Positions 21,715 to 30,731 of a stretch of DNA of 64,000 nucleotides are shown here, in pieces. Source of the stretch: Oscillospiraceae bacterium. GTDB taxonomy: Bacteria > Bacillota > Clostridia > Oscillospirales > Ruminococcaceae. The stretch's first letter is position 1; each line of letters opens with the position of its first letter. The translations under genes and the position numbers were made by a program. The DNA is taken from contig JALEVO010000159.1 of NCBI GenBank assembly GCA_022788225.1, forward strand, positions 54,428 to 118,427. Reading direction: 5' to 3'. The notes under the pieces are model-generated. The model did not search any database. It worked only from the letters and a program-made list of their open reading frames with translations, and was not told the origin of the DNA.

Positions 21715-22485
21715 TTATCTCTCAATTATTCTTGTAATTTTAGTACATTTGCCCATTTTTTCATCAAATGTTATTACGACCCCGTTGATAAAACACGGTG
21801 TTTCCGCCTCTCTGAACCTGACCGGATACTTAAAACGCAGCTTATCCACCGCCGGTTTTACCTCAACTCCCAGAACTGATTCCTCCGGTCCTGTCATGCC
21901 TGCGTCGGTGATATAGCCTGTGTGACCTGCAATTATCCCTTCGTCAGAAGTCTGGACATGAGTATGCGTACCCATAACAGCTGTGACCTTTCCGGCAAGA
22001 TGATATCCCATGGCTTTTTTCTCAGCGGTCGCCTCGGCATGAAAGTCCACAAAAATATTAGGGGTATCTATCTCTTTCAGAACATTGTCTATGACTGTAA
22101 ACGGATTGTCAAGGGGTTCCATGTAAACAGTACCCATAAGATTCACAACTGCCGCCTTAAAAGAACCCATATCAATTATGCTGATACCCTTTCCGCAGCA
22201 GCCCTCCGGAAAATTCACCGGACGGATTATATTATCCTCGTTATAGATTGCCAGTGAATCACGCCTTTTGAAACAGTGATTTCCGGTAGTTATCACGTCC
22301 GCACCGCAGTTATTCTTTATAAGTCCGGCGGAATATGCCGTAATACCGTTTCCCTGCGCCGAATTTTCGCCGTTTACAACGGTTATATCAATGGAATATT
22401 TCTTCTTCAGACTATAAATGCGTGACGCAAGAAAGTCGCATCCGCTTTTGCCTACAACATCGCCTATAAACAGTAAATTTTTCAT
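21715..22485 (-). CDS. ymdB: YmdB-like 2',3'-cyclic-nucleotide phosphodiesterase (TIGR00282 type)
   Basis: LFIGDVVG, NGEN, TTGNH, DFHAEATAEK, GTHTHVQT, DAGMTGP. Confidence 0.88.
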   Translation of the reverse strand: MKNLLFIGDVVGKSGCDFLASRIYSLKKKYSIDITVVNGENSAQGNGITAYSAGLIKNNCGADVITTGNHCFKRRDSLAIYNEDNIIRPVNFPEGCCGKGISIIDMGSFKAAVVNLMGTVYMEPLDNPFTVIDNVLKEIDTPNIFVDFHAEATAEKKAMGYHLAGKVTAVMGTHTHVQTSDEGIIAGHTGYITDAGMTGPEESVLGVEVKPAVDKLRFKYPVRFREAETPCFINGVVITFDEKMGKCTKITRIIER

Positions 22486-22498
22486 ATTGATCCTTCAA

Positions 22499-23341
22499 TC
22501 ATATTATTTGTGACGCATGACGGGTAACGTGACAGCCGATATTTACCGCAACAGGAAGTCCTGCTATGTGAGTAGGCGCTTCCTCAATGTTTACGCACAA
22601 TGCGGTAATTTTGCCGCCGAATCCCTGTGGTCCTATGCCAAGACGGTTTATCTTGTCCAGCATTTTTCCCTCAAGGTCAGCGTAAAGGCTCTTCTGGTTT
22701 CTTATGGCAACGTCACGGCACAGCGCTTTCTTTGCAAGATATGCACACTGTTCAAAGTTGCCGCCGATACCAACTCCTATAACCATAGGAGGGCATGGAT
22801 TGCTGCCAGCCTTTGAGGCAGTTTCAGTAACAAAATCCACAATATCCTCCACTGATGCTGACGGAGTGAACATTTTAAGGGCGGACATATTTTCACTGCC
22901 GAATCCCTTAGGGCACACATCTATTTTAACCTTATCTCCCGGAACTATTCTTGTATGTAACACAGCCGGAGTATTATCCCCTGTATTCACCCTTTCAAGA
23001 GGGTCGCCCACAACGGAACAGCGCAGAAAACCTTCAGTATAGCCCCTTGAAACTCCCCTGTTGACTGCGTCCTCAAAGCTGCCGCCTGTGAAATGAACGT
23101 CCTGACCGATTTCAGCAAAAATCACAGCCATACCAGTGTCCTGACAGACAGGAATATTTTCATCAGACGCCGCTTTGATGTTTGCTTTAAGGTCATCAAA
23201 AACACTTTTTCCAGCCGGAGATATCTCCTCCTCTGCCGCCTGAGATATCCTTTTTTCGAGATTTTCAGGAAGATGGATATTAGCCTGAATGCAAAGATTT
23301 CTTATAGTATTTTCTATTTCACTGACGTTTATTTCACGCAT
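22499..23341 (-). CDS. Fe-S hydro-lyase alpha subunit (class I fumarate hydratase / tartrate dehydratase)
   Basis: PVCQDTG, PKGFGSEN, NPCPP..IGVGIGG, CHVTRH. Confidence 0.9.
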   Translation of the reverse strand: MREINVSEIENTIRNLCIQANIHLPENLEKRISQAAEEEISPAGKSVFDDLKANIKAASDENIPVCQDTGMAVIFAEIGQDVHFTGGSFEDAVNRGVSRGYTEGFLRCSVVGDPLERVNTGDNTPAVLHTRIVPGDKVKIDVCPKGFGSENMSALKMFTPSASVEDIVDFVTETASKAGSNPCPPMVIGVGIGGNFEQCAYLAKKALCRDVAIRNQKSLYADLEGKMLDKINRLGIGPQGFGGKITALCVNIEEAPTHIAGLPVAVNIGCHVTRHASQII

Positions 23342-23390
23342 AATGCAGTTTTCCTTTCATGTAATTTTAAAATGATGTCATTGTACTTCC

Positions 23391-23415
23391 GTAGGGGCGA
23401 CCACTGGTCGCCCGT
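23391..23415 (+). repeat. GTAG-type REP palindrome
   Basis: GTAGGGGCGACCA-C-TGGTCGCCCGT. Confidence 0.75.
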
Positions 23416-23512
23416 GTATTTATGCAATTTATTGGTTTCCCATTCCAATAATGAATTTCTTCTGACAAGCTTAAAGGTGCAAAAAATGCACCTTTTAAAA
23501 TATTATCTGTGG

Positions 23513-23899
23513 TTATTTTATAACATCAAGCAGTTCGCCTATTACGGGAAGTTTCTTTGCCTTTCCCTGTGCGGCATTTACAATGCCGATAACGATATAC
23601 GCCAGCACAGCCACCCCTAAAGCCACCGAAACAACAGTACTTACAATTCCTCCGATAACCGGAATCCAGCCGATTATAAAGCCTATCAACTTGTCGATTA
23701 CTGCACTGACAAAAGCAAAAATCGTAAGTATAAGTCCCTGATTAGCGTGAAATTTAGCGTATTTTGATGTACTTGCCGCAAGCAGCGGTATCAGAAAAAG
23801 CAGCGGTATATATCCTACCATGGTCAGTGCCTGATTCTGCTGTATGTCATTTGTATCAAACATTCCGGTCAGATCGTCTGAGTCAAACTTTTTATCCAT
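23513..23899 (-). CDS. Small membrane protein (DUF4870-like)
   Basis: YAKFHANQGL and NAAQGKAKKLPVIG motifs, 3 TM helices. Confidence 0.7.
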   Translation of the reverse strand: MDKKFDSDDLTGMFDTNDIQQNQALTMVGYIPLLFLIPLLAASTSKYAKFHANQGLILTIFAFVSAVIDKLIGFIIGWIPVIGGIVSTVVSVALGVAVLAYIVIGIVNAAQGKAKKLPVIGELLDVIK

Positions 23900-24002
23900 A
23901 GATAATTTCCTCTTTTCATAGTTATTATTTTAATGATATCACATTACAGTTTATTTTTCTACAGCAAATCAGCTTTTCAGCAGTTTGGACAATTTTTCTT
24001 TA

Positions 24003-24464
24003 TCACTTTTGTCTGTTTTGCCTGAAGCCCAAGTCACTTATTGCATTTACAAATTCTTCAACACTTGTAAACGCCTTATAAACCGACGCAAACCTTATAT
24101 AGGCAACATCGTCCACATCTTTAAGTATTTCCAGTGTCATGTTTCCGATTTCCTCGGACGTCACCTGATTTATCATAGCGTTGGCGAAGTGGTTTTCAAC
24201 GTCCTCTGCAATCTTGTTTACCTGTTCAATATTCACAGGGCGCTTTTTTATGGCGTTGAATATTCCACGCATCAGCTTGTTGCGGTCAAAAGGCTCGAAA
24301 GTCCCGTCTTTTTTTACAACCATTATCATGGGGCGCTCTATTACCTCAAAGGTCGTGAAACGCCGTCCGCATCTGCCGCATTCACGGCGTCTGCGCTTTT
24401 TCTGCTCCATTGAACGGGAATCTACAATTTTTGTGTCTTCATTTCCGCAGTAGGGACATTGCAT
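24003..24464 (-). CDS. nrdR: Transcriptional repressor NrdR
   Basis: MQCPYC..DTKIVDSR...RRRRECGRCGRRFTTFE, ATP cone, AYIRFASVY. Confidence 0.96.
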   Translation of the reverse strand: MQCPYCGNEDTKIVDSRSMEQKKRRRRECGRCGRRFTTFEVIERPMIMVVKKDGTFEPFDRNKLMRGIFNAIKKRPVNIEQVNKIAEDVENHFANAMINQVTSEEIGNMTLEILKDVDDVAYIRFASVYKAFTSVEEFVNAISDLGFRQNRQK

Positions 24465-24484
24465 AAATTTTTCCTTTCTTTGTT

Positions 24485-25270
24485 TCAGAGTTTGCCTATC
24501 ATGCTGACAAGGGTATTGTAATTTTCAACAAGGTCTGAAATGCCGTCAAAATTACTCCTGTAAAGCTCCAGCATGACTGATGAGTCCGGAGAATACTCGT
24601 TTAAAAGGGACAGAAACTGCTTTATATTAAACCTGCCCTTTCCTATCTGAAGGCAGTCACCTGCTTCTCCGTGGTCACTGATATGAACGTGTACAACATG
24701 ACTTCCAAGCGAACGCAGTATATCAAAATTGCTTTCCCCTGAGCGCACCGACTGCTTTGTGTCAATAACAAATTTAGCGTCGTCCCCAAGATTTTCAACC
24801 ATTTCCTTCATAAAATCAAGTGAACCGCTTGTACACCTCGAAACATTTTCCTGTGCAACTGTTATGCCGAATTTCTTTCCGGTATCCACAAGCCGCTGAA
24901 AGCTTTCAAAATACAGGTCATTCTGAACATTCAGGATTTTCTTGTTTCCATGAAAGACAAATATTTCTGCTCCCAGTATATTCATTGCTTCAAAATACCG
25001 TTTGTAGAAATCCAGAGCATCATCAACTCTTCGGCTGTAGCCGGAAAAGAACATCATAGGCTCTAAAGCACAGGTAAAGGGATGCAGCGAACGGCAGGTA
25101 ACCTCAAAGCGTTTAAGCGTTTCGGCAAGACCGTTGACATAATTCTTTTTAAGTTCACTGGAAGTATTAATAAAAATTTCGGTATGAGCAATGCCATTTA
25201 CGGCGAGATCATAAACCGATTCCTCCAGCAGCTTTGGATAAAGGCAAGCTGTTGAAACACCGGCCCTCAT
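24485..25270 (-). CDS. Sugar-phosphate isomerase/epimerase-like TIM barrel (AP endonuclease 2 fold)
   Basis: QENV, DTKQ, HVHISD, MLE metal-ligand pattern; start MRAGVST after GGAG. Confidence 0.7.
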   Translation of the reverse strand: MRAGVSTACLYPKLLEESVYDLAVNGIAHTEIFINTSSELKKNYVNGLAETLKRFEVTCRSLHPFTCALEPMMFFSGYSRRVDDALDFYKRYFEAMNILGAEIFVFHGNKKILNVQNDLYFESFQRLVDTGKKFGITVAQENVSRCTSGSLDFMKEMVENLGDDAKFVIDTKQSVRSGESNFDILRSLGSHVVHVHISDHGEAGDCLQIGKGRFNIKQFLSLLNEYSPDSSVMLELYRSNFDGISDLVENYNTLVSMIGKL

Positions 25271-25370
25271 TGCTCCTATCACCTCAATCTCTATGTTTAC
25301 TATTAATATTATAGCAAAAAAAGCTTTTAAATTCAATCCCTCACACAGAAAAAATTATATTTTGTGGTAT

Positions 25371-25862
25371 GTATTTTCATTGCCTGCACAAAGAAACAAA
25401 TGCACTTTTGGTGTTATGTACTTTCTTGTCTTGCAACAAGAAAGTACCAAAGAAATGCACCCACTCATGCGCCGTGGGCGGCTTGTGCGGCATAAAGCCG
25501 CAAATCACTGGGATTTTGTTTTCTGACTAAACTGCTTTGTTTAAACTGACTACACCATAATTGCAGCTAAAGTCGTTCTAATAAAGCAAAGCCTTGGAAA
25601 ACTTTAACTGCCCTTAAATTAGCTATGCAGTTAAAGTTTTCTTTCCGCTTTAAAAGCGTTAGCAAATGATTTTTGCAGGTATGAGTGAACAAGTATGTAC
25701 CGACCCAGCTGTCTTATACTCACAAGATAACCCGTCTTTGCCGCCTCCGTGCGGCATGGCAGTCCGGCGGCAGCCGGTGCATTTCTTTGGTTCGTTTCTT
25801 TGGGCAAGCAAAGAAATGAACAATCCCTACAGCTTTTGTTTCTTTTCACCGAAAAGAAAAAC
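25371..25862 (+). mobile_element. ~490 bp TIR element, copy 1 (MITE/REPIN-like)
   Basis: Core shared with copies at 35.9, 38.5, 55.7 and 58.4 kb; TIR CAAAGAAATGCACC / GGTGCATTTCTTTG. Confidence 0.75.
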
Positions 25863-25922
25863 AGCATACTCAAAAGAGTATGCTGCCACATTTTATTAAT
25901 CTGATTGCTTAAATTTCAAAAA

Positions 25923-26183
25923 TCAGCCTGCTGCGTTCAGCTTCTTTGCGAGCTGTGACTTCTTTCTTGCAGCACAGTTCTTGTGCATAAGACCCTTAGC
26001 TGCTGCCTGGTCAACCTTCTTTATAGCAACTCTGATTGCCTCTGCCTTGTCAGCTGAATTAGCCTCGCAAGCAGCACCGGCATTCTTGAGAACAGTTTTA
26101 AGATTTGATTTTCTTGACTTGTTGGCTGCTGCCTTTGTCTTGTTAACTTTAACTCTCTTCATTGCGGATTTGATATTTGGCAT
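25923..26183 (-). CDS. rpsT: 30S ribosomal protein S20
   Basis: MPNIKSAMKRVK...MHKNCAARKKSQL. Confidence 0.97.
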   Translation of the reverse strand: MPNIKSAMKRVKVNKTKAAANKSRKSNLKTVLKNAGAACEANSADKAEAIRVAIKKVDQAAAKGLMHKNCAARKKSQLAKKLNAAG

Positions 26184-26372
26184 TTTACTGCACCTCCTTA
26201 AAATTGAAATATCCTGAATTATTATTTACAGAATTTATCTTAATAATTCAAAAAATTCAGCATAATATAAAAACAGCGCAAGCTAAAAAAAGCAGGACAC
26301 GACCGCTGTTTTTTTAATCCGGACGTAATGAGCATCCGGACGGTGCATTTTACTGCACCAACGCTAATAATT

Positions 26373-26401
26373 ATTTTACCATTTTACAGCGCAAATTGCA
26401 A
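26373..26401 (-). promoter_or_regulatory. sigma-A promoter of rpsT
   Basis: TTGCAA-N17-TAAAAT with TGn on the minus strand. Confidence 0.6.
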
Positions 26402-26498
26402 TAGGCAAAATCAAAACAAAATCACGAAATTAAAGCGTTGATTTAAAGCATAATGCACAATAAAATCAAAAATTCACAAAAAAGGAGCTGAATTACTT

Positions 26499-27347
26499 AT
26501 GAATATCAGAACCGACCTTGCCCTTGAAAGCGTCAATGCCGCCAGAATAAGCGAGGGCATAACCCAGACAACACGGGGAAAGGCTTTTAAAATAACGGAA
26601 ATCAAAATCGCCGAGGACAGGCACGGCGAAAAAATCGGCAAGAAAAAGGGCAGATATATTACTCTTGAGGGTGAACCGCTGGGGCGTTTTTCCGATACGT
26701 TCAAGGAAATGGCGGCGGAGCTGTCACAGGAGCTTTCAGAGCTTCTCCCCGACGGTCCCGCACTTGTTATCGGTCTTGGAAACAACGATATCACCCCCGA
26801 CGCTCTGGGTCCTCTGACTGCGTCAAGAGTTCTTGCGACACGCCACCTCAAAGAGGAACTGGGAGACGAGGACGAGTTTCTCACCAGTCTGCGGCAGGTG
26901 AGCGTTATGGCAAGCGGTGTTCTGGGGCAGACTGGTATTGAAACCGCCGAAATTATCGAGGGGCTTCTTGAAAAGCTTAAACCCGCCTCCATAATCGCCG
27001 TTGACGCCCTCGCCTGTTCAGACGTAAGCCGTCTTGGCACAACAATTCAGCTTTCCGATTCCGGTATTTCTCCCGGCAGCGGCGTTGCCAACAGGCGCAG
27101 GGAAATTTCAAAGGATTCTATCGGAATACCTGTTATTGCCGCCGGAGTTCCAACAGTTGTGGATATGTACACGATTGTTCAGAACATTACCGGCAGGCGT
27201 GTGACAAACCAGATTCCCAACATGATGGTTACGCCGAGAGATGTGGACAGGCTTATTGAACGTTCCTCTGCCCTTATGGCTATGGGAATTAACCTTGCCC
27301 TCCACCCTGAACTAACCTTTGAAGATGTTGAAAACATTATGTTTTAA
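26499..27347 (+). CDS. gpr: GPR spore germination protease
   Basis: IRTDLALE, VIGLGNNDITPDALGP, IIAVDALA, TIQLSDSGISPGSGV.NRR, GVPTVVD, MMVTPRDVD. Confidence 0.93.
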   Translation: MNIRTDLALESVNAARISEGITQTTRGKAFKITEIKIAEDRHGEKIGKKKGRYITLEGEPLGRFSDTFKEMAAELSQELSELLPDGPALVIGLGNNDITPDALGPLTASRVLATRHLKEELGDEDEFLTSLRQVSVMASGVLGQTGIETAEIIEGLLEKLKPASIIAVDALACSDVSRLGTTIQLSDSGISPGSGVANRRREISKDSIGIPVIAAGVPTVVDMYTIVQNITGRRVTNQIPNMMVTPRDVDRLIERSSALMAMGINLALHPELTFEDVENIMF

Positions 27348-27584
27348 ACTTGCTTTTCAACAGCCTGTTGAAAACGGTGTTGAATTACTTTTGGAAACAC
27401 TCGTCAAAAGTCGTGTTTTTCCCATGAATATGTGGGTTAAGCGACTGTTAAATTGTTGAAAAACTTTCAAGAGTGAAACAATGTGTTTTTTTACTGAAAA
27501 TTTGTTGAAAATGCCTATTGACGTCATAAATCTCTGAAACTCTATGGATAAATCAGCGGTTTATGGAAAAACTAAAGGCAGAAC

Positions 27585-27738
27585 CACATAATTATTGTCG
27601 TGCAGATGCGACGTCAGATTTTTCGTCAGATTGCACGAAAAGCTTGCAGGCATACTGCCGTATGTCAAGAGTTTTTTGTGTGATATGACGGAAAATCTGC
27701 AAGCAGATGTGCGGCAAAGGCGTAAGCCGCTAATTGTG
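27585..27738 (+). repeat. ~155 bp palindromic repeat, copy A
   Basis: CACATAATTATTGTCG...GCAGGCATACTGCCGTATGTCAAG...TAATTGTG; homologous to 49074-49230. Confidence 0.75.
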
Positions 27739-27795
27739 GGGTTATGCCTATGTATTGCAGAAAGTGCAATAGCAAAAACGAAAGGATTGAATTCT

Positions 27796-28143
27796 ATGAA
27801 AAAAACTCTTCCTATACTCTTTTCCCTCGCTCTCGTATGCTGTTCATTCACAGCCTGTGGAAACAGAGAAAAAAACAACAATAACAAAAATGCGACAGAA
27901 GCGCCTACAACAGTACACGAAACCACAAATCCGGCAACGGAGAAGGCAACAGAAGCAACTGTTAACAATAACGGCAACAACAACGAATCTGCCACTGACA
28001 AGGGCGGTATCGTCGGAAACATCGTAACTGACGCTGAAGGTATCGTTGACGACCTCGTTTCAACTGGTGAGGACATCGTTGACGATGCAGGATCAGTTGT
28101 TGAGGGCGTCGGTGACGCAATTACAGGTACTGACAATCACTAA
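27796..28143 (+). CDS. Small lipoprotein of unknown function
   Basis: MKK + hydrophobic core + FTAC lipobox; N/T-rich linker; acidic 11-mer repeats. Confidence 0.7.
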   Translation: MKKTLPILFSLALVCCSFTACGNREKNNNNKNATEAPTTVHETTNPATEKATEATVNNNGNNNESATDKGGIVGNIVTDAEGIVDDLVSTGEDIVDDAGSVVEGVGDAITGTDNH

Positions 28144-28148
28144 GAAAT

Positions 28149-28178
28149 AAACAGGGTACTTTCAAGGTACCCTGTTTT
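28149..28178 (+). terminator. Intrinsic terminator
   Basis: AAACAGGGTAC/GTACCCTGTTTT. Confidence 0.75.
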
Positions 28179-28204
28179 CATGTTACATACTAATCGAAAA
28201 TAAT

Positions 28205-28227
28205 GGGCGACCAAGGGCCGCCCCTAC
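28205..28227 (-). repeat. GTAG-type REP palindrome
   Basis: Reverse complement GTAGGGGCGGCCCTTGGTCGCCC. Confidence 0.65.
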
Positions 28228-28287
28228 ATATTGCTCGCTGGAACATTAAAAAAACCTTTTCAACTGCCCCTGCACATTTTATCAATA

Positions 28288-29706
28288 TTACCTCTTGAGA
28301 ATCTTCCTTATCGTCGCCATAAGCTCCGGGAAGTTGACTGCTGTTATAAACACCGTTATTCCAACCTGCATGAGCACATAGTAAGGCGGCTGATTGATGG
28401 CAAGCAGTGACATTCCCATAAGAATTGACAGGTTCATGACTGTTTTTGTGTGGTCAACCTTAAAGTAAATATACCTTCTTGCGTCCACAACTCGTATAAG
28501 ATAGCAGGCAATGTAGCTTATAAAACTTGCCGCAACTGCGCCGTGTACACCGAATTTTTTTATCAGAATCACATTCAGCACAATGTTCAGCACCATAGAA
28601 ACAAGGCTGGTCCAGAATGAATTCTGGGTATGCTTTGAAGCTGTGTAAATACTGCTGAAAAACAGGTTAAAGCACATCATCAGCACCGACAGAACAAGCA
28701 CAGGAGTGTATATATAAGCCTGTGAATACTCGGGGTGATTATTATAATTCAGGAGTATTCTCGAAACCGGCTGGACAAGCAGTATCAGAAAGGCCGAAGC
28801 GATATACATTATAGACTGGTATGCCGAATATATGGTGGCGTAAAACTTCCCCTCACCCTGATTTCCGTGTTCAGTTATTGCGGACATATTCCACGCCTGA
28901 AAGAAAATCGTTGAAACCATTGAAATAAGGTTCGGAATCTTTGATGCGGCTGTGTATAGTCCCACTGCGGTATCTCCTGTTTGTCCGGCGGGTCCGTCAA
29001 CATATTTTATGAGAATACGGTCGGAAAAGCCGGTTATAGTCCACATTACAGCCGTCGGGATAAGGGGCAGAGAAAATCTCACCATTGAATGAATCATGTC
29101 CTTATCAGCATAGGCAAGGCTGAAATATTTTCCCAGTCCCGCCATTTTCCAGAGGAAAAGTCCGGAGCAGAAATCGGAAAGAATCATTGCTATCATAAAG
29201 CCTTTAATTCCGAGGTCAAGCTTTGATATGAAAATTATATTGAATATAAAAAGCGAAAGGGTCGCAAGCATACCGTCAAAGGCGTAAAGCTTTACATAGC
29301 CCTTTGCCCTTATGAAGTTTGCACAGGTAAGGCGGAAAACCGATGTACACACATAGAGCATGAGCCATGGGGTATAGCCTTTGATGAACGGTATCAGCGA
29401 AAACAGCGGCGACAGCAGGAGCATTATGAACAAGCCGAAAAGCTGTACCACGACTGATGTTGAAAAGACCTGTCGTTTGTCGTATTCCTTGTCAAGTCCG
29501 AACCGGAGGATGGCGTCTGACATTGAAAACGAGAAAACCGGTATCATAAACGCTGCTGACGCTTCAATAAGTTCCTTGCTGCCGAGGATATCCGCACCCA
29601 TGTAAGTCGTATATAGACGGGTAAGGAAAAGGGTCAGTATCTTCGAGCCGAAAGTTCCAATTGCAAAGACAACTGTGTTAAAGGCAAGATTTTTATATTT
29701 ATTCAT
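28288..29706 (-). CDS. Polysaccharide flippase (Wzx / MOP superfamily)
   Basis: NTVVFAIGTFGSKILTLFLTRLYT start, many TM helices, VGLYTAASK, NIVLNVILIKKFGVHGAVAAS. Confidence 0.85.
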   Translation of the reverse strand: MNKYKNLAFNTVVFAIGTFGSKILTLFLTRLYTTYMGADILGSKELIEASAAFMIPVFSFSMSDAILRFGLDKEYDKRQVFSTSVVVQLFGLFIMLLLSPLFSLIPFIKGYTPWLMLYVCTSVFRLTCANFIRAKGYVKLYAFDGMLATLSLFIFNIIFISKLDLGIKGFMIAMILSDFCSGLFLWKMAGLGKYFSLAYADKDMIHSMVRFSLPLIPTAVMWTITGFSDRILIKYVDGPAGQTGDTAVGLYTAASKIPNLISMVSTIFFQAWNMSAITEHGNQGEGKFYATIYSAYQSIMYIASAFLILLVQPVSRILLNYNNHPEYSQAYIYTPVLVLSVLMMCFNLFFSSIYTASKHTQNSFWTSLVSMVLNIVLNVILIKKFGVHGAVAASFISYIACYLIRVVDARRYIYFKVDHTKTVMNLSILMGMSLLAINQPPYYVLMQVGITVFITAVNFPELMATIRKILKR

Positions 29707-29807
29707 GTTTTAGCTCCAATTTTATCTTTGATTATGCATATATAGTTATATTATAACAGATTTTCTGAAAAATTCAAATAGATTTCTGACTTTTTTCTTT
29801 GCAAAAT

Positions 29808-29834
29808 AAAAAAGCCTTCCATAAGGAAGGCTTT
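29808..29834 (-). terminator. Intrinsic terminator
   Basis: AAAGCCTTCC/GGAAGGCTTT with U-tract on minus strand. Confidence 0.7.
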
Positions 29835-29846
29835 ATTTATAGAAAA

Positions 29847-30731
29847 TTATTTCTTTCTTGATCTCATTGCAACTGCTGCTGCGCCGATACCTGCTGTAAT
29901 AACAAGTCCTGCAACTGCTGCTGCAACACCAGCATCACCTGTTGATGCTGAATTTGTCTGTGTGGAATTGCCAAGAACTGCACCGCCGCCGCTTGTTGAA
30001 CCGTTGTTGGTTGAATTGTTTGTGTTGTTATTCTGCTGCTGTGCCTGTGTCTGTGTGTTGTTGTTATTGTTATTGGCAGGAGCCTGTGTTGGTGTCTGTG
30101 TATCTGTGCCGTTATCAGAAGCCTGTGTTGGTGTCTGAGTATTGTTATCAGGAGTTACAGCTGCACCGCCTGTTGTAACCTTGTCAACCTTGATTGTAAT
30201 ACCTGTGTTTGCAGGCTTGCCGTCTGATGCATAGTTAAATGCATTGATATTAGTTGTAAGAATAAGGCAGAGAATAGTATCAGCTGGTTTTGCAAGCTTA
30301 AATGATGCAGTATACTGTCCATCGCCTGTAATTGCAACCTGGTCATTTGTTACAGTATTCTTTGAAGGGTCAGAAGTACCCCAGTAATTGTCTTCACCGA
30401 TGCTGCCTACAAGTTCTGCATAATAAGGGTCACCGTTGGAACCGTCTTCATTTACATTGCAGCCGCCTTTCAGACCGGAAATTGTAAATGTTACATTAAT
30501 TGATTCAGAGAATGAACCAGACTTTGCAACGTCAGCTGTTTCCTTTCCCTTTGACCATTCGTTGAGAAGGTTCAGACGAAGTGTAGAACCGTCATCGTTT
30601 ATTGCAAATGCATTTTCGGAAGGACCTGTGTAAGTGAGTTCTGTTTCAGCCGCACTTACAGTCATTGCAACTGTTGAAAATGCTGCTACTGCGCAAGCTG
30701 CTGCTGCAGCAAAAAACTTCTTAAAATTCAT
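29847..30731 (-). CDS. Secreted, sortase-anchored surface protein (non-catalytic module + N/T/Q linker + SASTGDAG sorting signal)
   Basis: Signal peptide MNFKKFFAAAAAC; C-terminus NSASTGDAG-hydrophobic-RSRKK; ATG 30731 after GAGGTG. Confidence 0.8.
   Translation of the reverse strand: MNFKKFFAAAAACAVAAFSTVAMTVSAAETELTYTGPSENAFAINDDGSTLRLNLLNEWSKGKETADVAKSGSFSESINVTFTISGLKGGCNVNEDGSNGDPYYAELVGSIGEDNYWGTSDPSKNTVTNDQVAITGDGQYTASFKLAKPADTILCLILTTNINAFNYASDGKPANTGITIKVDKVTTGGAAVTPDNNTQTPTQASDNGTDTQTPTQAPANNNNNNTQTQAQQQNNNTNNSTNNGSTSGGGAVLGNSTQTNSASTGDAGVAAAVAGLVITAGIGAAAVAMRSRKK

Noticed and set aside
23093-23620. 175-aa plus-strand ORF
   Set aside because: Antisense to two supported genes, crosses a REP and has no recognisable motifs
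25631-25891. Recurrent peptide AAKTGYLVSIRQLGRYILVHS in ORFs over the TIR element (also 35963, 38479, 55977)
   Set aside because: Starts are inconsistent and lack RBS; copy 2 is frameshifted by 1 nt and copies 4 and 5 hit early stops, so the similarity comes from DNA identity, not coding selection
27354-27570. oriC
   Set aside because: No dnaA, dnaN or rpmH nearby, no perfect boxes and no clear DUE; kept only as a box-like cluster
27595-27795. N-terminal extension of the 182-aa ORF
   Set aside because: It runs through the palindromic repeat; the signal peptide and RBS (AAAGGA) fit ATG 27796
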